Positions 18,145 to 27,813 of a stretch of 64,000 nucleotides of DNA are shown in pieces (position 1 is the first letter of the stretch; each line of letters starts with the position of its first letter). The stretch is taken from positions 372,001 through 436,000 of IMG/VR virus record IMGVR_UViG_3300046665_000548. One strand, 5' to 3'. The translations under genes and the position numbers were made by a program. Under the pieces are notes generated by a model. That model worked only from the letters and a program-made list of their open reading frames with translations. It was not told the origin of the DNA and ran no database searches.

Positions 18145-18754
18145 TTTTGCTGTCCACAAAGACGAATATGTCGTCATGCATATCGCCATCTTCTTTAGAT
18201 GGTTCAGTATTGTCTATTGGAAATTGCTGGATAAGCTCTTTTAGTCTTTCCGGATGGTTCTCAGTAATTTCGATGCTATTGGCTTCGATATACTTTGCCG
18301 GAATATTCGGATCGTTGAGAAGAGCCCCATCCTTCATAAGCTTGGCTGCTCTCTCGATAATAGCTTCATCTACGTTGGCGGCCTGGAGTACCGAAACCAC
18401 ACGATTTGCTACTTCTTTGTCGGCGTCTAACTTGCCGCGTATTTTATCGAACCATCCCTTTAGATGCTGCGGAGCCATAAACCGGAATGACTGCCAAACG
18501 TGGCCTGAATCGTGATTGATGAATCGACCTAGGACCCAGTAACGCTTCGACATACGATCCAGATACGCATATCCGAGGTCGCGAGCAGTGGACACGCTTG
18601 GCTTGGAGTGCGACTTGAACTCTAACTCAATGCCCTCATCGGTATGCGAATCAGCCGCTTCGCGATGCGCATTCCAGTGCGTTCCGAAGATGCGCGCCAT
18701 ATCTTCTTCGCGCTTGTCGTCTTGTACGATCCGAGTGTTTCCGTGACGAGCCAT
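18128..18754 (-). CDS. Hypothetical protein
   Basis: 208-aa ORF overlapping the SbcD start. Confidence 0.55.
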   Translation of the reverse strand: MARHGNTRIVQDDKREEDMARIFGTHWNAHREAADSHTDEGIELEFKSHSKPSVSTARDLGYAYLDRMSKRYWVLGRFINHDSGHVWQSFRFMAPQHLKGWFDKIRGKLDADKEVANRVVSVLQAANVDEAIIERAAKLMKDGALLNDPNIPAKYIEANSIEITENHPERLKELIQQFPIDNTEPSKEDGDMHDDIFVFVDSKIDKFI

Positions 18755-18797
18755 TATAGTGACCCATCCTTAGCAAACGTCAGTAGTCTAAAAGTAA

Positions 18798-18845
18798 AAG
18801 CCATGTAACCAATAGATCAATGAATGATCAGACGTTACATGGCTT
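18798..18845 (-). terminator. Long hairpin/terminator downstream of the late sigma gene
   Basis: 12-bp inverted repeat AAGCCATGTAAC/GTTACATGGCTT with inner GATCA/TGATC stem; TTACTTTT follows on the minus strand. Confidence 0.6.
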
Positions 18846-18862
18846 AGTATCTGAAAGCGAAA

Positions 18863-19693
18863 TTAATCTGGCGTAACAGGAGCAGGCTTTCGCTTTGGTG
18901 GGGGACCGCGACGACGCTTTACGGGCGGTGCCGAAGCATCTGTGCCCATGCGGTACTCCATCTCGTTCTCTATCTGACGAGTGTAGGAAGGCGTGACGCC
19001 TGCCATGATCAAGATATCATCGCGGATGTTCTGATTACGGCGTTCTACGTTCAAAACTCGCGTGAAGCAGTTCTGAATGGTCGTGGTGTAGAACGCGAAA
19101 GGATTGTCTCCCTTGGATTCGTCAAATTGAAGACCAACCTGGGAAAGTTGAAGAAGCGCATGTGAACGCATTTCATCAACATACGTGTAACCTCGCCAGT
19201 TACCGCGACGAGAGTAACGGTCCACCAGCATCATGAACATCATAGCGAGAGCCGAAGAGATCGCGCCCTTGTCGAGACAGAATGCGCCTTCTTCGGTTAT
19301 GCCCTTCCAATGTGATCGTCCAACCTCGATCAGCTTGTCATCGCGAATGATGAAATGCTTGAAGGGAGGAAAATTTGTCCGGGCGTACGACACGTCGGTA
19401 TTGCGCGCTTTGCGCTTTCGATCCGGGTCGAGGGGAATGTGTTCGTGAGTCATCAACCGAATCACCAGATCATCCTTGGTGTAGTCGGTCCTAACAACTT
19501 CGCCTGCTTTCACCTTCGGATTGCACTTCTTGGTGAGGGCTCTTTCGATAAGCTCGGGTGTAATCGCGTCACGTGTGATGGCAATTACGTCAAAGTTCGC
19601 ATACTCGGGCTTTTCGAAATAGCAAAAGGTCGTCTTGCTTTTATGAATTTCACGAAGCAGGTCTTTGTTGGTAATATACTTTGGTTTTTGCAT
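18863..19693 (-). CDS. Late transcription sigma factor (T4 gp55-like)
   Basis: YITNKDLL..., RGNWRGYTYVDEMRSHAL, FDESKGDNPFAFYTT. Confidence 0.85.
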   Translation of the reverse strand: MQKPKYITNKDLLREIHKSKTTFCYFEKPEYANFDVIAITRDAITPELIERALTKKCNPKVKAGEVVRTDYTKDDLVIRLMTHEHIPLDPDRKRKARNTDVSYARTNFPPFKHFIIRDDKLIEVGRSHWKGITEEGAFCLDKGAISSALAMMFMMLVDRYSRRGNWRGYTYVDEMRSHALLQLSQVGLQFDESKGDNPFAFYTTTIQNCFTRVLNVERRNQNIRDDILIMAGVTPSYTRQIENEMEYRMGTDASAPPVKRRRGPPPKRKPAPVTPD

Positions 19694-19824
19694 GACCTCA
19701 GGGGGTTCGAGATTCCTAGTTATAATCTGGAAGTAGTTGTATTCGCAAATTTATTTTTTGGTTTGACTATTTCGTCTAAAGTAATGCCAAGTAAACACCC
19801 AAGTTTAAGGACGGCTAAATATTT

Positions 19825-20358
19825 ATGAGCAAGGAAACCAAACGAGTTGTGTTTGCATGCGGGAGGTTTAACCCTCCTACGGCGGGCCACCGGAAACTCT
19901 TAGAAGAGATGAGGGCGGTTGCTGGAGACGCGGAGATAAGACTCTTCGCTACCCAGACCCACGATCCAGAGAGGAATCCATTGTCTCCTGAGACGAAGCT
20001 CGGTTTTTTACGCCGAGCCTTTCCAGGAACCGACATCCAGCTTGCGACGAATGCGTTCGATGCCGCGAAGATGTTGTCCAAGGAAGGTTTCGCTGAGGCC
20101 ACATTGATTGTGGGTGAAGACCGAGAAGCTTTGGCTCGTAACGTAGTCCGCTATGCGGCTGACCTTGGCTTAGAGAGCGTGCAATTTCACGTAGTCTCAA
20201 GACAAGACGGCGACGCCAGCGCTACTGCGATGCGCCAAGCAGCCGCTTCTGGAGACATCAAGGCATTTGCAGAACTGTGTCCTAGTGAGGATTCTGTTCT
20301 GAAGGACGACATGTACCGGGCCGTTCGGCTTGGGATGGGAGATAGATGGCAGAGCTAA
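19825..20358 (+). CDS. Cytidyltransferase-like (HxGH nucleotidyltransferase fold) protein
   Basis: GRFNPPTAGHRKL, RNPLSPETK, VGEDR, SATAMR; TAAATA 3 nt upstream. Confidence 0.8.
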   Translation: MSKETKRVVFACGRFNPPTAGHRKLLEEMRAVAGDAEIRLFATQTHDPERNPLSPETKLGFLRRAFPGTDIQLATNAFDAAKMLSKEGFAEATLIVGEDREALARNVVRYAADLGLESVQFHVVSRQDGDASATAMRQAAASGDIKAFAELCPSEDSVLKDDMYRAVRLGMGDRWQS

Positions 20359-21098
20359 TCGGGCCGAATACATTTCAGGACACATTTGGCGTTGAAGGGC
20401 AAGGCTATGGCTACGTAGGTTACCAGGATAATGGGACTCAGACGGATGTGGGAGCCCAAGCTAGAACTTATGCTAGCCAGCAGGACACCGCCAAGGAAGA
20501 CTTCCGAGTCAGGCTCGCAGCCCAGACTCGAACTCAATATAATGGCGAGCTTCTGTCCCCGTTGCTAAACACGGGTGGGCTTCTCTTCCCGTATACGCCG
20601 ACGATTACAGTTTCGCAGGAAGTTGATTATGCGAACATGCAAATGGTCCACAGCAACATGGACTATTATTCATACTCGCGTACCCCGAACACGACGATTT
20701 CGCTGGCCGGAAAATTCACAGTTCAGAACCAGAAGGAAGGGCTCTACGCACTCGCCGCGATCCACTTCTTGAAAACAATGTCAAAGATGTACTTTGGTGA
20801 GAAAGATGCAGGCAATAATCTTGCCGGTCTCCCGCCGCCGATCCTTCTACTGAAGGGTTACGGCAAGTACATGTTCAATAACATTCGAGTCATCCTGAAA
20901 TCCCACAACTACACATTTGAAGAGAGCGCGCAGACCGTCGCCGTCAATACGATAAGCGGCGGCATAGTTCGTCTGCCCGCACTGTTTACGCTATCCTGCT
21001 CTCTCGTGTCCCAGCCTACTACAAAGATGATGCGTAAGGATTTTTCGCTCGATAGCTTTCGTTCGGGTGAACTCCTCAAGACCGGAGGTTACATCTAA
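20346..21098 (+). CDS. Baseplate tube-like protein (gp48/gp54-like)
   Basis: FPYTPTI..HSN..SY..ISLAGKFT..HFLKT..PPPILLLKGYG pattern; located ahead of LysM, hub and gp5. Confidence 0.65.
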   Translation: MAELIGPNTFQDTFGVEGQGYGYVGYQDNGTQTDVGAQARTYASQQDTAKEDFRVRLAAQTRTQYNGELLSPLLNTGGLLFPYTPTITVSQEVDYANMQMVHSNMDYYSYSRTPNTTISLAGKFTVQNQKEGLYALAAIHFLKTMSKMYFGEKDAGNNLAGLPPPILLLKGYGKYMFNNIRVILKSHNYTFEESAQTVAVNTISGGIVRLPALFTLSCSLVSQPTTKMMRKDFSLDSFRSGELLKTGGYI

Positions 21099-21403
21099 TG
21101 CAGGTTAAGTACGCTTCTGCGTCCCCGTATGCTGACACTCCACAGTCGCCATGGAGGATCAAGAATTACGTTCACAGAGCAATCCCTGACAGCGCTTCGG
21201 ATAGGCTCATCACGGTCAAAACGAAGCACGAGTATCGCCCCGATCTGCTAAGTTTTGAACTCTACAACACTCCGGAATATTGGTGGGTTTTCATGGTGCG
21301 CAACATGGACATCATTCGTGATCCCATCTGGGACCTCAAGGCTGGAATCACAATCACTGCGCCGTCATTGACGGCAATTCAGGCAGCCAAAGGACAGCCA
21401 TAA
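21098..21403 (+). CDS. Baseplate wedge protein (gp53/LysM-like)
   Basis: EYRPDLLSFELYNTPEYWWVFMVRNMDIIRDPIWDLKAG; TAATG coupling. Confidence 0.8.
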   Translation: MQVKYASASPYADTPQSPWRIKNYVHRAIPDSASDRLITVKTKHEYRPDLLSFELYNTPEYWWVFMVRNMDIIRDPIWDLKAGITITAPSLTAIQAAKGQP

Positions 21404-23487
21404 TGGCAGAAACAGATATCGTCATTGCCAATAATGGGCCAGCGGACATCCCATACAGCAAGTCAACGACTGGCTCCCAATACAATTTCATTGAAAATCC
21501 ACTAAGTCCGTTTGCCCAGGTGGCCTATCACATAACCCTATACGCGATAGGAGATACGGCGACCTATAGCAGTGAGGATGACGGAAAGATCATCATCGCT
21601 GAGAGCGGCGTGACGGGCTATAATATCAAAGATTTGATCATTGACGGGCTTGTTACACCGAACGAGAAATCGCGCGGTACTGTATCCACGAAGATTACGA
21701 TGACCATAACTGAACCGGCCGGGACGAGTTTTCTCGACTCGATGTATGATGCGGTGCTTGCTGTCGGCGGTAGCAACTGGCAAAAGTCCGTTTATCGTCT
21801 TGAGGTCCGATTCAAAGCGTATGACGAGCAGGGAAACATTATCCATTGGCTCGATTCTTCCAATGGCATGCCGAAGGACGGCAAGTGGACGTGGAAGATC
21901 ATGATTGGCGATGTCGAGACGAACCTCGATGCCAGCGGAGCCACGTACAGAATCACTGCCCGACCAATTGAAGAAACGGTGCCGTGGGATGCACCTTCCT
22001 CGACAACTCTTAAGGCTACTACGATTGGCGAATTCTTTACTGCGCTAAAAGACCACTTGAATGGCGCAGATCAGAAGAAGACCAACACCTCTCCGTTGGA
22101 TGAACCGACCATCATCTACGATATCAACGTGCATTCTTTGGCAGATGGTACTGACCCGAAAAGCTGGAGTGTCCTTGGTAAATGGCAAAATCCTGACTTT
22201 CATCCGATTTTCCACAAGGGATTCAAGACTGATGATCGAGACAAAGGAGTGTTCAACCTGACCCGAGGTGAAAAACTTCCTGATATCGTTGATGCCATCT
22301 TTGCCGTTTCTGAAGAAGCTCAGGCGCGCATCAAGAACTCTCAGAAGCCAATCGTTGACCCTAACGACCATGGGGACGGTAATTACCGAGACGCGCTCGT
22401 GTTCCGTATCTATGCGGAAACAGAGATTACCGGATATGACTACGTGAACCAGAATTTGAAGATGAAGGTCACTTATCATATCAAGCCGTTCCAGGCTCAA
22501 AACAATTGGCTTCTCTCTAATGAGACTACCAAACCGGGCAACGGGCAGGCTGCGCTCAATATCGTCAATGGCTACGAGGGTCTGAAGAAACGGTACGAAT
22601 ACCTCTACACGGGCTTGAACACGGAGGTCATCCACCTCGACCTAAAGTTCAATTTCCAGTTTAGCGCTTCAATGCCGCGAGGCAATGGCGACAACTACTA
22701 CAGTGATAACGTTGTGTGGCATGCTCGCATGCCGTCTGATCCCAAGGCAGAAGCCGACAAGCGGAAACAAAAACAAGACGACGAGAACGCCCAAAAGGAC
22801 AGAGACAATCGCGAAAATCTCATCAGGATCAAAAACGGCCTGGAAATGCCGGACCTTACTGCGGAAGAAACGCAGGCTTTGACGAACGAATATCGAACTA
22901 TCGCTACTGCACTACAAGCCGAGTACGAGAACGAAGCCAGAGCCAGACGTGCCCAGTATGCCGGAATCCGTTACGCCGAAGATATCACTGACCGCGCCAC
23001 AAATACGGCCATCGTCAGCACGGGTCAAAGCTCTGGAGAAGGTGCTCGACAGGCGAACCTAAAAGGTCATACAGGCCAGCGGCATCGGGCTAAGTCGGTA
23101 TATGGGGCGTTGCTGGATCAGCTTTACGCGCCAACCAAGGAACTGACGCTGAAGATCAAAGGTGATCCGTTCTGGCTCGGAGACTATCAAACAGTAATGG
23201 TCAACGGAAACCAAGATAAACAACTTGTCGATTGGTCACGTGGGCATGTAGGATTTGTTCTTTACTTTAGATATCCGAAGGGCATGACCGATGAGGGTGT
23301 TCCGATCATTTGGGAAGACAGCCAGGTATTCAATACAGTATATCTACCTTGGTACGTTCAACATTCCTTTGCTAACGGAGCCTTTACTCAAACGTTGAGA
23401 GCACGCCGACTGAGAGCCGTCACAAGAGAAGACGTTGCTCCATTGGCGAGCGTTCAGCCTACTGATAGCCCATTTCCAGGATACTGA
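21403..23487 (+). CDS. Baseplate hub protein (gp27-like)
   Basis: Position between LysM and gp5 genes; LKIKGDPFWLG and VQHSFANGAFTQTLRARR near the C-terminus. Confidence 0.7.
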   Translation: MAETDIVIANNGPADIPYSKSTTGSQYNFIENPLSPFAQVAYHITLYAIGDTATYSSEDDGKIIIAESGVTGYNIKDLIIDGLVTPNEKSRGTVSTKITMTITEPAGTSFLDSMYDAVLAVGGSNWQKSVYRLEVRFKAYDEQGNIIHWLDSSNGMPKDGKWTWKIMIGDVETNLDASGATYRITARPIEETVPWDAPSSTTLKATTIGEFFTALKDHLNGADQKKTNTSPLDEPTIIYDINVHSLADGTDPKSWSVLGKWQNPDFHPIFHKGFKTDDRDKGVFNLTRGEKLPDIVDAIFAVSEEAQARIKNSQKPIVDPNDHGDGNYRDALVFRIYAETEITGYDYVNQNLKMKVTYHIKPFQAQNNWLLSNETTKPGNGQAALNIVNGYEGLKKRYEYLYTGLNTEVIHLDLKFNFQFSASMPRGNGDNYYSDNVVWHARMPSDPKAEADKRKQKQDDENAQKDRDNRENLIRIKNGLEMPDLTAEETQALTNEYRTIATALQAEYENEARARRAQYAGIRYAEDITDRATNTAIVSTGQSSGEGARQANLKGHTGQRHRAKSVYGALLDQLYAPTKELTLKIKGDPFWLGDYQTVMVNGNQDKQLVDWSRGHVGFVLYFRYPKGMTDEGVPIIWEDSQVFNTVYLPWYVQHSFANGAFTQTLRARRLRAVTREDVAPLASVQPTDSPFPGY

Positions 23488-23499
23488 TAAAAGGACGAT

Positions 23500-24579
23500 A
23501 TGCCCGAAATTAATACACAAAATCCCGATTTCGTCACAGAAACATCAGATGGTAGGCCCCGCGAGACTGCCATCTACGTTGGTATTGTTACTGACAACGA
23601 AGATGAACAGCGGATGGGGCGTCTAAAAGTCTACATTCCCGAGCTTGGCGGAAGCCACGGTAACGAGAATACGCATTACATCGTTTCTTATGCTTCTCCG
23701 TTTGCTGGCGCGACTCCGGCAGGTGCCACAAAGAAGCATGAGGACGGCGGTGACGAGATGTCCGGCTCACAGAAGAGCTATGGCTTTTGGATGGTCCCCC
23801 CGGACAAAGACAACGAGGTGCTTGTCTGTTTCGCCAACGGTGACACGCGCCGTGGTTTCTGGTTCGCTTGTCTTTACCAGCAATTCATGAACCACATGGT
23901 GCCGGGTCTCGCGCTCAATAAGGTAACCAATCCGGAGGTCAATCATCTCGCCCCTGTGGTGGAATACAACAAAAAAGATGACGTGCATGCGGCCGACCCA
24001 TGGGACCCGAAGCGTCCTATTTTTGAGCCTTTGCACAACGGCCTTCGTAAGCAGGGCCTCTACACCGATCCGGAACGCGGTCCGTCCACAACGTCTGCCC
24101 GCCGCGAGGCACCATCAAAGGTGTTCGGCTTTATCACGCCGCGCGGTAATACTATGCACATTGATGATAACCCCGAGAACGAATTCGTTCGTTTCCGCAC
24201 CAGGAGCGGTGTGCAGCTTTTGATCCACGAAACCGGTGGCTACATCTACATGATTTCCAAAAACGGAAATTCTTGGCTTCAGGTTTCCGATGAGGGAATC
24301 GATATGTACTCGAAGAAGGGCGTCAACATTCGAGGTGAAGGCGGTCTCAATGTGCACTCTGACAAGAACGTCAATCAGCATTCAGTAGCGGGTCGCCATC
24401 GTCGTTCAGGTAAGGCAACGACCGAGCACAGTGATGGTCAGAAGAGGACGACGGCTGACAAGAAGATCAAAGTCGATTCGGCAGTTAAAAAGGAAGACCA
24501 GAGCAACCCAGCAGGAGGCGGTGGCGGTCAAGATGCTGGCACCCCGGCGAGCGGCGGCTTCGGAAGCAACATCGGCTAA
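23500..24579 (+). CDS. Baseplate spike gp5-like protein (OB fold plus beta-helix; no lysozyme domain seen)
   Basis: YVGIVTDNEDEQRMGRLKVYIPEL, GFWMVPPDKDNEVLVCFANGD, RFRTRSGVQLLIHETGGYIY. Confidence 0.85.
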   Translation: MPEINTQNPDFVTETSDGRPRETAIYVGIVTDNEDEQRMGRLKVYIPELGGSHGNENTHYIVSYASPFAGATPAGATKKHEDGGDEMSGSQKSYGFWMVPPDKDNEVLVCFANGDTRRGFWFACLYQQFMNHMVPGLALNKVTNPEVNHLAPVVEYNKKDDVHAADPWDPKRPIFEPLHNGLRKQGLYTDPERGPSTTSARREAPSKVFGFITPRGNTMHIDDNPENEFVRFRTRSGVQLLIHETGGYIYMISKNGNSWLQVSDEGIDMYSKKGVNIRGEGGLNVHSDKNVNQHSVAGRHRRSGKATTEHSDGQKRTTADKKIKVDSAVKKEDQSNPAGGGGGQDAGTPASGGFGSNIG

Positions 24580-24593
24580 GCCCTAAATAGTCG

Positions 24594-27149
24594 ATGCAGT
24601 ACATTGTCGTCACAGCAAAGGGTGCTGATCAACAGCATGTCCTTGACCTCTTCGCCGCGAATTCAGCGATCATCCTGAATGATTACACTGACTTGTTCCC
24701 GGATCACTGGCACGTGTCAGTGGACGACACAGCGGCTATTGAAGCGGACGCGGATGTGCTTTCTGTTGTGCGTGACGATACTCGGATCACGCTTGCTGCA
24801 AGGCAGTCAATGGTGGGTGCGCTAAATGCTGCCTTTTTCGGAGTCAGTCCCAGTCTGACGATGCATTTCACCCGAGGCAATTGGGGATTGGCGCGCATCT
24901 CGGCTGAGACCAACGCGCTCACCGCATCGCAATACGGGCAAGTCGATCTTAGCTATTCGTACACGCGGGACGGCACAGGAGTAGACATATATGTGATCGA
25001 CGGTGAGACAATGTACCCGTCGTCTCTCGGTGCCAACACGACCGAGGGTGGCCCGGCGTCCCGTATCACGGTCATTTTTGACGATGCCGCAAGTATTAGT
25101 GGCATCAATTACGGCGATGAGTCTCCGCAAGTTCTACACGCGGATACGTGCGCGGGCTTTGCGGCTGGTTACGTTCAAGGTCCAGCAAAAGGGGCCAAGC
25201 TCTACTATTCTCGCGCGTTCCACAACAATAGCGCCAGTGTAAATTCCGTTCTTGCCGCGATGGCAGCGTGTTTGGCTCACCACAATCGTAAGAAGGAACT
25301 TGGGGTGAATCGCCCATCGCTTGTGAACATGAGCTTTGGAGCGCTTAGCGATATGTCTTGGTACATGTCGGCGCTCGATGCGCTTACACAAGCCGGAATG
25401 GTCATGTTCATCGCTGCTGGTAACGAGGGAGCGAACCTGGACATAGTTGACTATGCCCCGGCAGAATACGAACCAGCCATCACAGTTGGTGCGTGCCAGA
25501 TCAACGATTCTATATGGCCGTCATCCAACTATGGATCGATCATCGATGTATTCGCTCCTGGAAATGCACTGGGAACGTTCTACGGCCTAGAGTCGTCAAT
25601 GGGCGGCGTCTCCTCTTCTGGTTCCGGCACGAGCTACGCCACTCCTTTCGTGCTCGGAGTGAGCGCCTTGTACCTTCAGGGTAAGGACATCGGGCGCGGA
25701 CCAGAGCAGCAGCAGGAAGTGCGAGATTTTATCGTAAACAATGCATTCATCGATAAGCTAACGCTCGGCTCGGCGGCTGCCACATCTCCAAATCGGTTGT
25801 TGAACAGTTTCTATACTGCGCCAACGAATGCAAAAATAACCTGGGTTGGTCCGGACATCGATTCGTCTGCCGTCAATGACCTTACGGTTATAACATCGCT
25901 TGCTTCGCCCCTTCAGGCCACATCTAGTGATGGCCGTCCGGTGCGGTTCACCCTTGTTGGCGGTCGCCTTCCGTGGGGCTACAGCATCAATGAAACGACG
26001 GGAAGCTTCGTTGGCAATCCGAATACGTTCTGGGGATCATGGAGCGGTTCGTTTACAGTGCGAGCTTGGGTGCAAACAGATTCCGGAGAGCCGGTCATCG
26101 AACAATACCGGGTCATCCGGTATGACAACATAGCGGGAACGCGAGGCGGGTCTATCACCGGAAATACCGCGCTGTTTCGTTGGCACGTTCCGACGACGAT
26201 GCCGAGCATAATGTTCGGCATTCCTTCGCGACAGCGTTTCTTGACACAGGACAACAGCGGAGGCGAACGGTTTGCTACGTTCGTAAGCGGAACCATTCCT
26301 CCCGGTATGTCATACAACAATTCCACTGGTGTTCTTTCAGGTACTCCGACGAGTTCTGGAATGTATCAGTTTACTCTTGGCGTCGTATATACGACAGGTT
26401 CACCACAGGACACCAGGACATACACGCTGCAAGTCCTCGGCTATCCAAGCATCACGGCCTCACAGACGATCTCTGCCTTTCAGTCCGTTGGTGCTGTTAA
26501 TGAGCTAACAATGGCGACTGGACAGTCAACAATGGCCGCCTATACCCAGGCCGCCAATGCTGTACGGATGATTACCTCACTTGCAACTGGGCAATCAATG
26601 GTGGGTGCATTCACTCAATCTGCGAATGCTGTCAAATCGATCAAATGGGCACTGCCAACAACACGCGGGAAAGTAACTGATGTGCCGGGCTCCCACCGTC
26701 TTGGCGGGCGCACTCACACGGGCTACGATATAGCCGTTGATTCAGGAACATTCGTTTATGCTGCGGGAAACGGTGTAGTTACGCACGCCGTAACAAAGAT
26801 CGACCGTAATCCGGCCGGACGACGTGTCTACATAAAGCACGAAGATGGCTCAACGACTCGATATTTGCATTTGAGCAAAGTAGACACGTTCGCCGGAGTT
26901 GAGGTGAAGGCCGGAGACTATCTAGGTCTCTCTGGTAGCAGCGGTCCGTTTGATGACGGAGACTACGCTCCGCATTTGCACTTTGAACGAAGGGACGCCA
27001 TCACTGACGAGCTACTACCGGCCTTCGGTGATTCGCGGTGGGCTGATAAATTCAAGGTCGGCTTCACGTGGGATATCGGTCTCAACGATGACGAGGCAGA
27101 AGCAATAGCCCAGGCAAAAGCTGACGCTCAAACCAACGACGAATATTAA
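24594..27149 (+). CDS. Multidomain subtilisin-like (S8) protease + putative Ig domains + M23 metallopeptidase
   Basis: S8: YVIDG, HADTCAG, AAGNE, GTSYATP. Ig: PPGMSYNNSTGVLSGTPT. M23: HTGYD, YLHL, PHLHFE. TAAATA 4 nt upstream. Confidence 0.88.
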   Translation: MQYIVVTAKGADQQHVLDLFAANSAIILNDYTDLFPDHWHVSVDDTAAIEADADVLSVVRDDTRITLAARQSMVGALNAAFFGVSPSLTMHFTRGNWGLARISAETNALTASQYGQVDLSYSYTRDGTGVDIYVIDGETMYPSSLGANTTEGGPASRITVIFDDAASISGINYGDESPQVLHADTCAGFAAGYVQGPAKGAKLYYSRAFHNNSASVNSVLAAMAACLAHHNRKKELGVNRPSLVNMSFGALSDMSWYMSALDALTQAGMVMFIAAGNEGANLDIVDYAPAEYEPAITVGACQINDSIWPSSNYGSIIDVFAPGNALGTFYGLESSMGGVSSSGSGTSYATPFVLGVSALYLQGKDIGRGPEQQQEVRDFIVNNAFIDKLTLGSAAATSPNRLLNSFYTAPTNAKITWVGPDIDSSAVNDLTVITSLASPLQATSSDGRPVRFTLVGGRLPWGYSINETTGSFVGNPNTFWGSWSGSFTVRAWVQTDSGEPVIEQYRVIRYDNIAGTRGGSITGNTALFRWHVPTTMPSIMFGIPSRQRFLTQDNSGGERFATFVSGTIPPGMSYNNSTGVLSGTPTSSGMYQFTLGVVYTTGSPQDTRTYTLQVLGYPSITASQTISAFQSVGAVNELTMATGQSTMAAYTQAANAVRMITSLATGQSMVGAFTQSANAVKSIKWALPTTRGKVTDVPGSHRLGGRTHTGYDIAVDSGTFVYAAGNGVVTHAVTKIDRNPAGRRVYIKHEDGSTTRYLHLSKVDTFAGVEVKAGDYLGLSGSSGPFDDGDYAPHLHFERRDAITDELLPAFGDSRWADKFKVGFTWDIGLNDDEAEAIAQAKADAQTNDEY
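26505..26642 (+). repeat. Two tandem 69-bp (23-aa) degenerate repeats in the Ig-M23 linker
   Basis: LTMATGQSTMAAYTQAANAVRMI / TSLATGQSMVGAFTQSANAVKSI; a third weaker copy precedes them. Confidence 0.75.
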
Positions 27150-27160
27150 GGACATTCATC

Positions 27161-27454
27161 ATGGCAGGTAAAAACAAGGTAGAGCCGGACGAAAGCGATC
27201 CGGTCGAGTACACTGGTGCCGAGGCTCAATCCGGTAAGGAAGATGGGCGCAAGGAAGCGGAAGAGCCGCCGAAGCCGGAAGAGCACGCTAACACGGAAGG
27301 CGAGCCCGGTAAATGGAAGCAGAAAAAGAAAAAGTCAATCGTGACGCGATTGCCATGCCATGAACCATTCGCTGGTCATCCCAAGACGAAACTCAAGAAC
27401 CCTCGTGATGGCGGTAATGGTCGCGGCGATGAAGGTCGTAATCAAAAGAAGTAA
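27161..27454 (+). CDS. Small charged protein carrying a gp5-associated SIVTRLPCHEPF motif
   Basis: 97 aa; AAGGA SD. The motif resembles the R-x-P-x-HEP-(W/F) segment I recall from the C-terminal part of gp5 in related jumbo phages. Confidence 0.5.
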   Translation: MAGKNKVEPDESDPVEYTGAEAQSGKEDGRKEAEEPPKPEEHANTEGEPGKWKQKKKKSIVTRLPCHEPFAGHPKTKLKNPRDGGNGRGDEGRNQKK

Positions 27455-27802
27455 TCAATCCGTTCCGTAAAAACGGATGCGAAACATGAGAAGATCGTGT
27501 TCTCGCTTGAAGCTGATCCAGAACGGAACGCTTTCGGCATTAGGATTTCCAGTAAGTATGCGATGCGCGTCAACTTGTTGGATAGGCGGGTACTGCACTC
27601 GGTATTGATCGTCCTCGTCCTGTAGGCCGTCGAGCCATTCGCGGAGTTGCAGGATAGGTTCGAGATTGATCTTCGAAAATGCTCTGCGACTTTCGCCCTC
27701 CCGATACAAGAACAAAAATGGCGGTACGCGAATCGCGAACCGTTCTTTTCGGATGCACCAATCCCAGGCGTTGCAATCTAGTGGTGATTTTTTGAGAGGC
27801 AT
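27455..27802 (-). CDS. Small motif-family protein
   Basis: ISFKREHDLLMFRIRFY at the C-terminus; GGAGG SD. Confidence 0.6.
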   Translation of the reverse strand: MPLKKSPLDCNAWDWCIRKERFAIRVPPFLFLYREGESRRAFSKINLEPILQLREWLDGLQDEDDQYRVQYPPIQQVDAHRILTGNPNAESVPFWISFKREHDLLMFRIRFYGTD

Positions 27803-27813
27803 TGCCTCCCATA

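Noticed and set aside
19701-19725. GGGGTTCGAGATTCC, resembling a tRNA T-arm
   Set aside because: No acceptor, D or anticodon arms; it lies in the short leader of the sigma gene.
24580-27160. Self-splicing intron interrupting gp5
   Set aside because: The insert is almost entirely one ORF with its own promoter, leaving only 11-14 nt at each side, too little for a ribozyme core.
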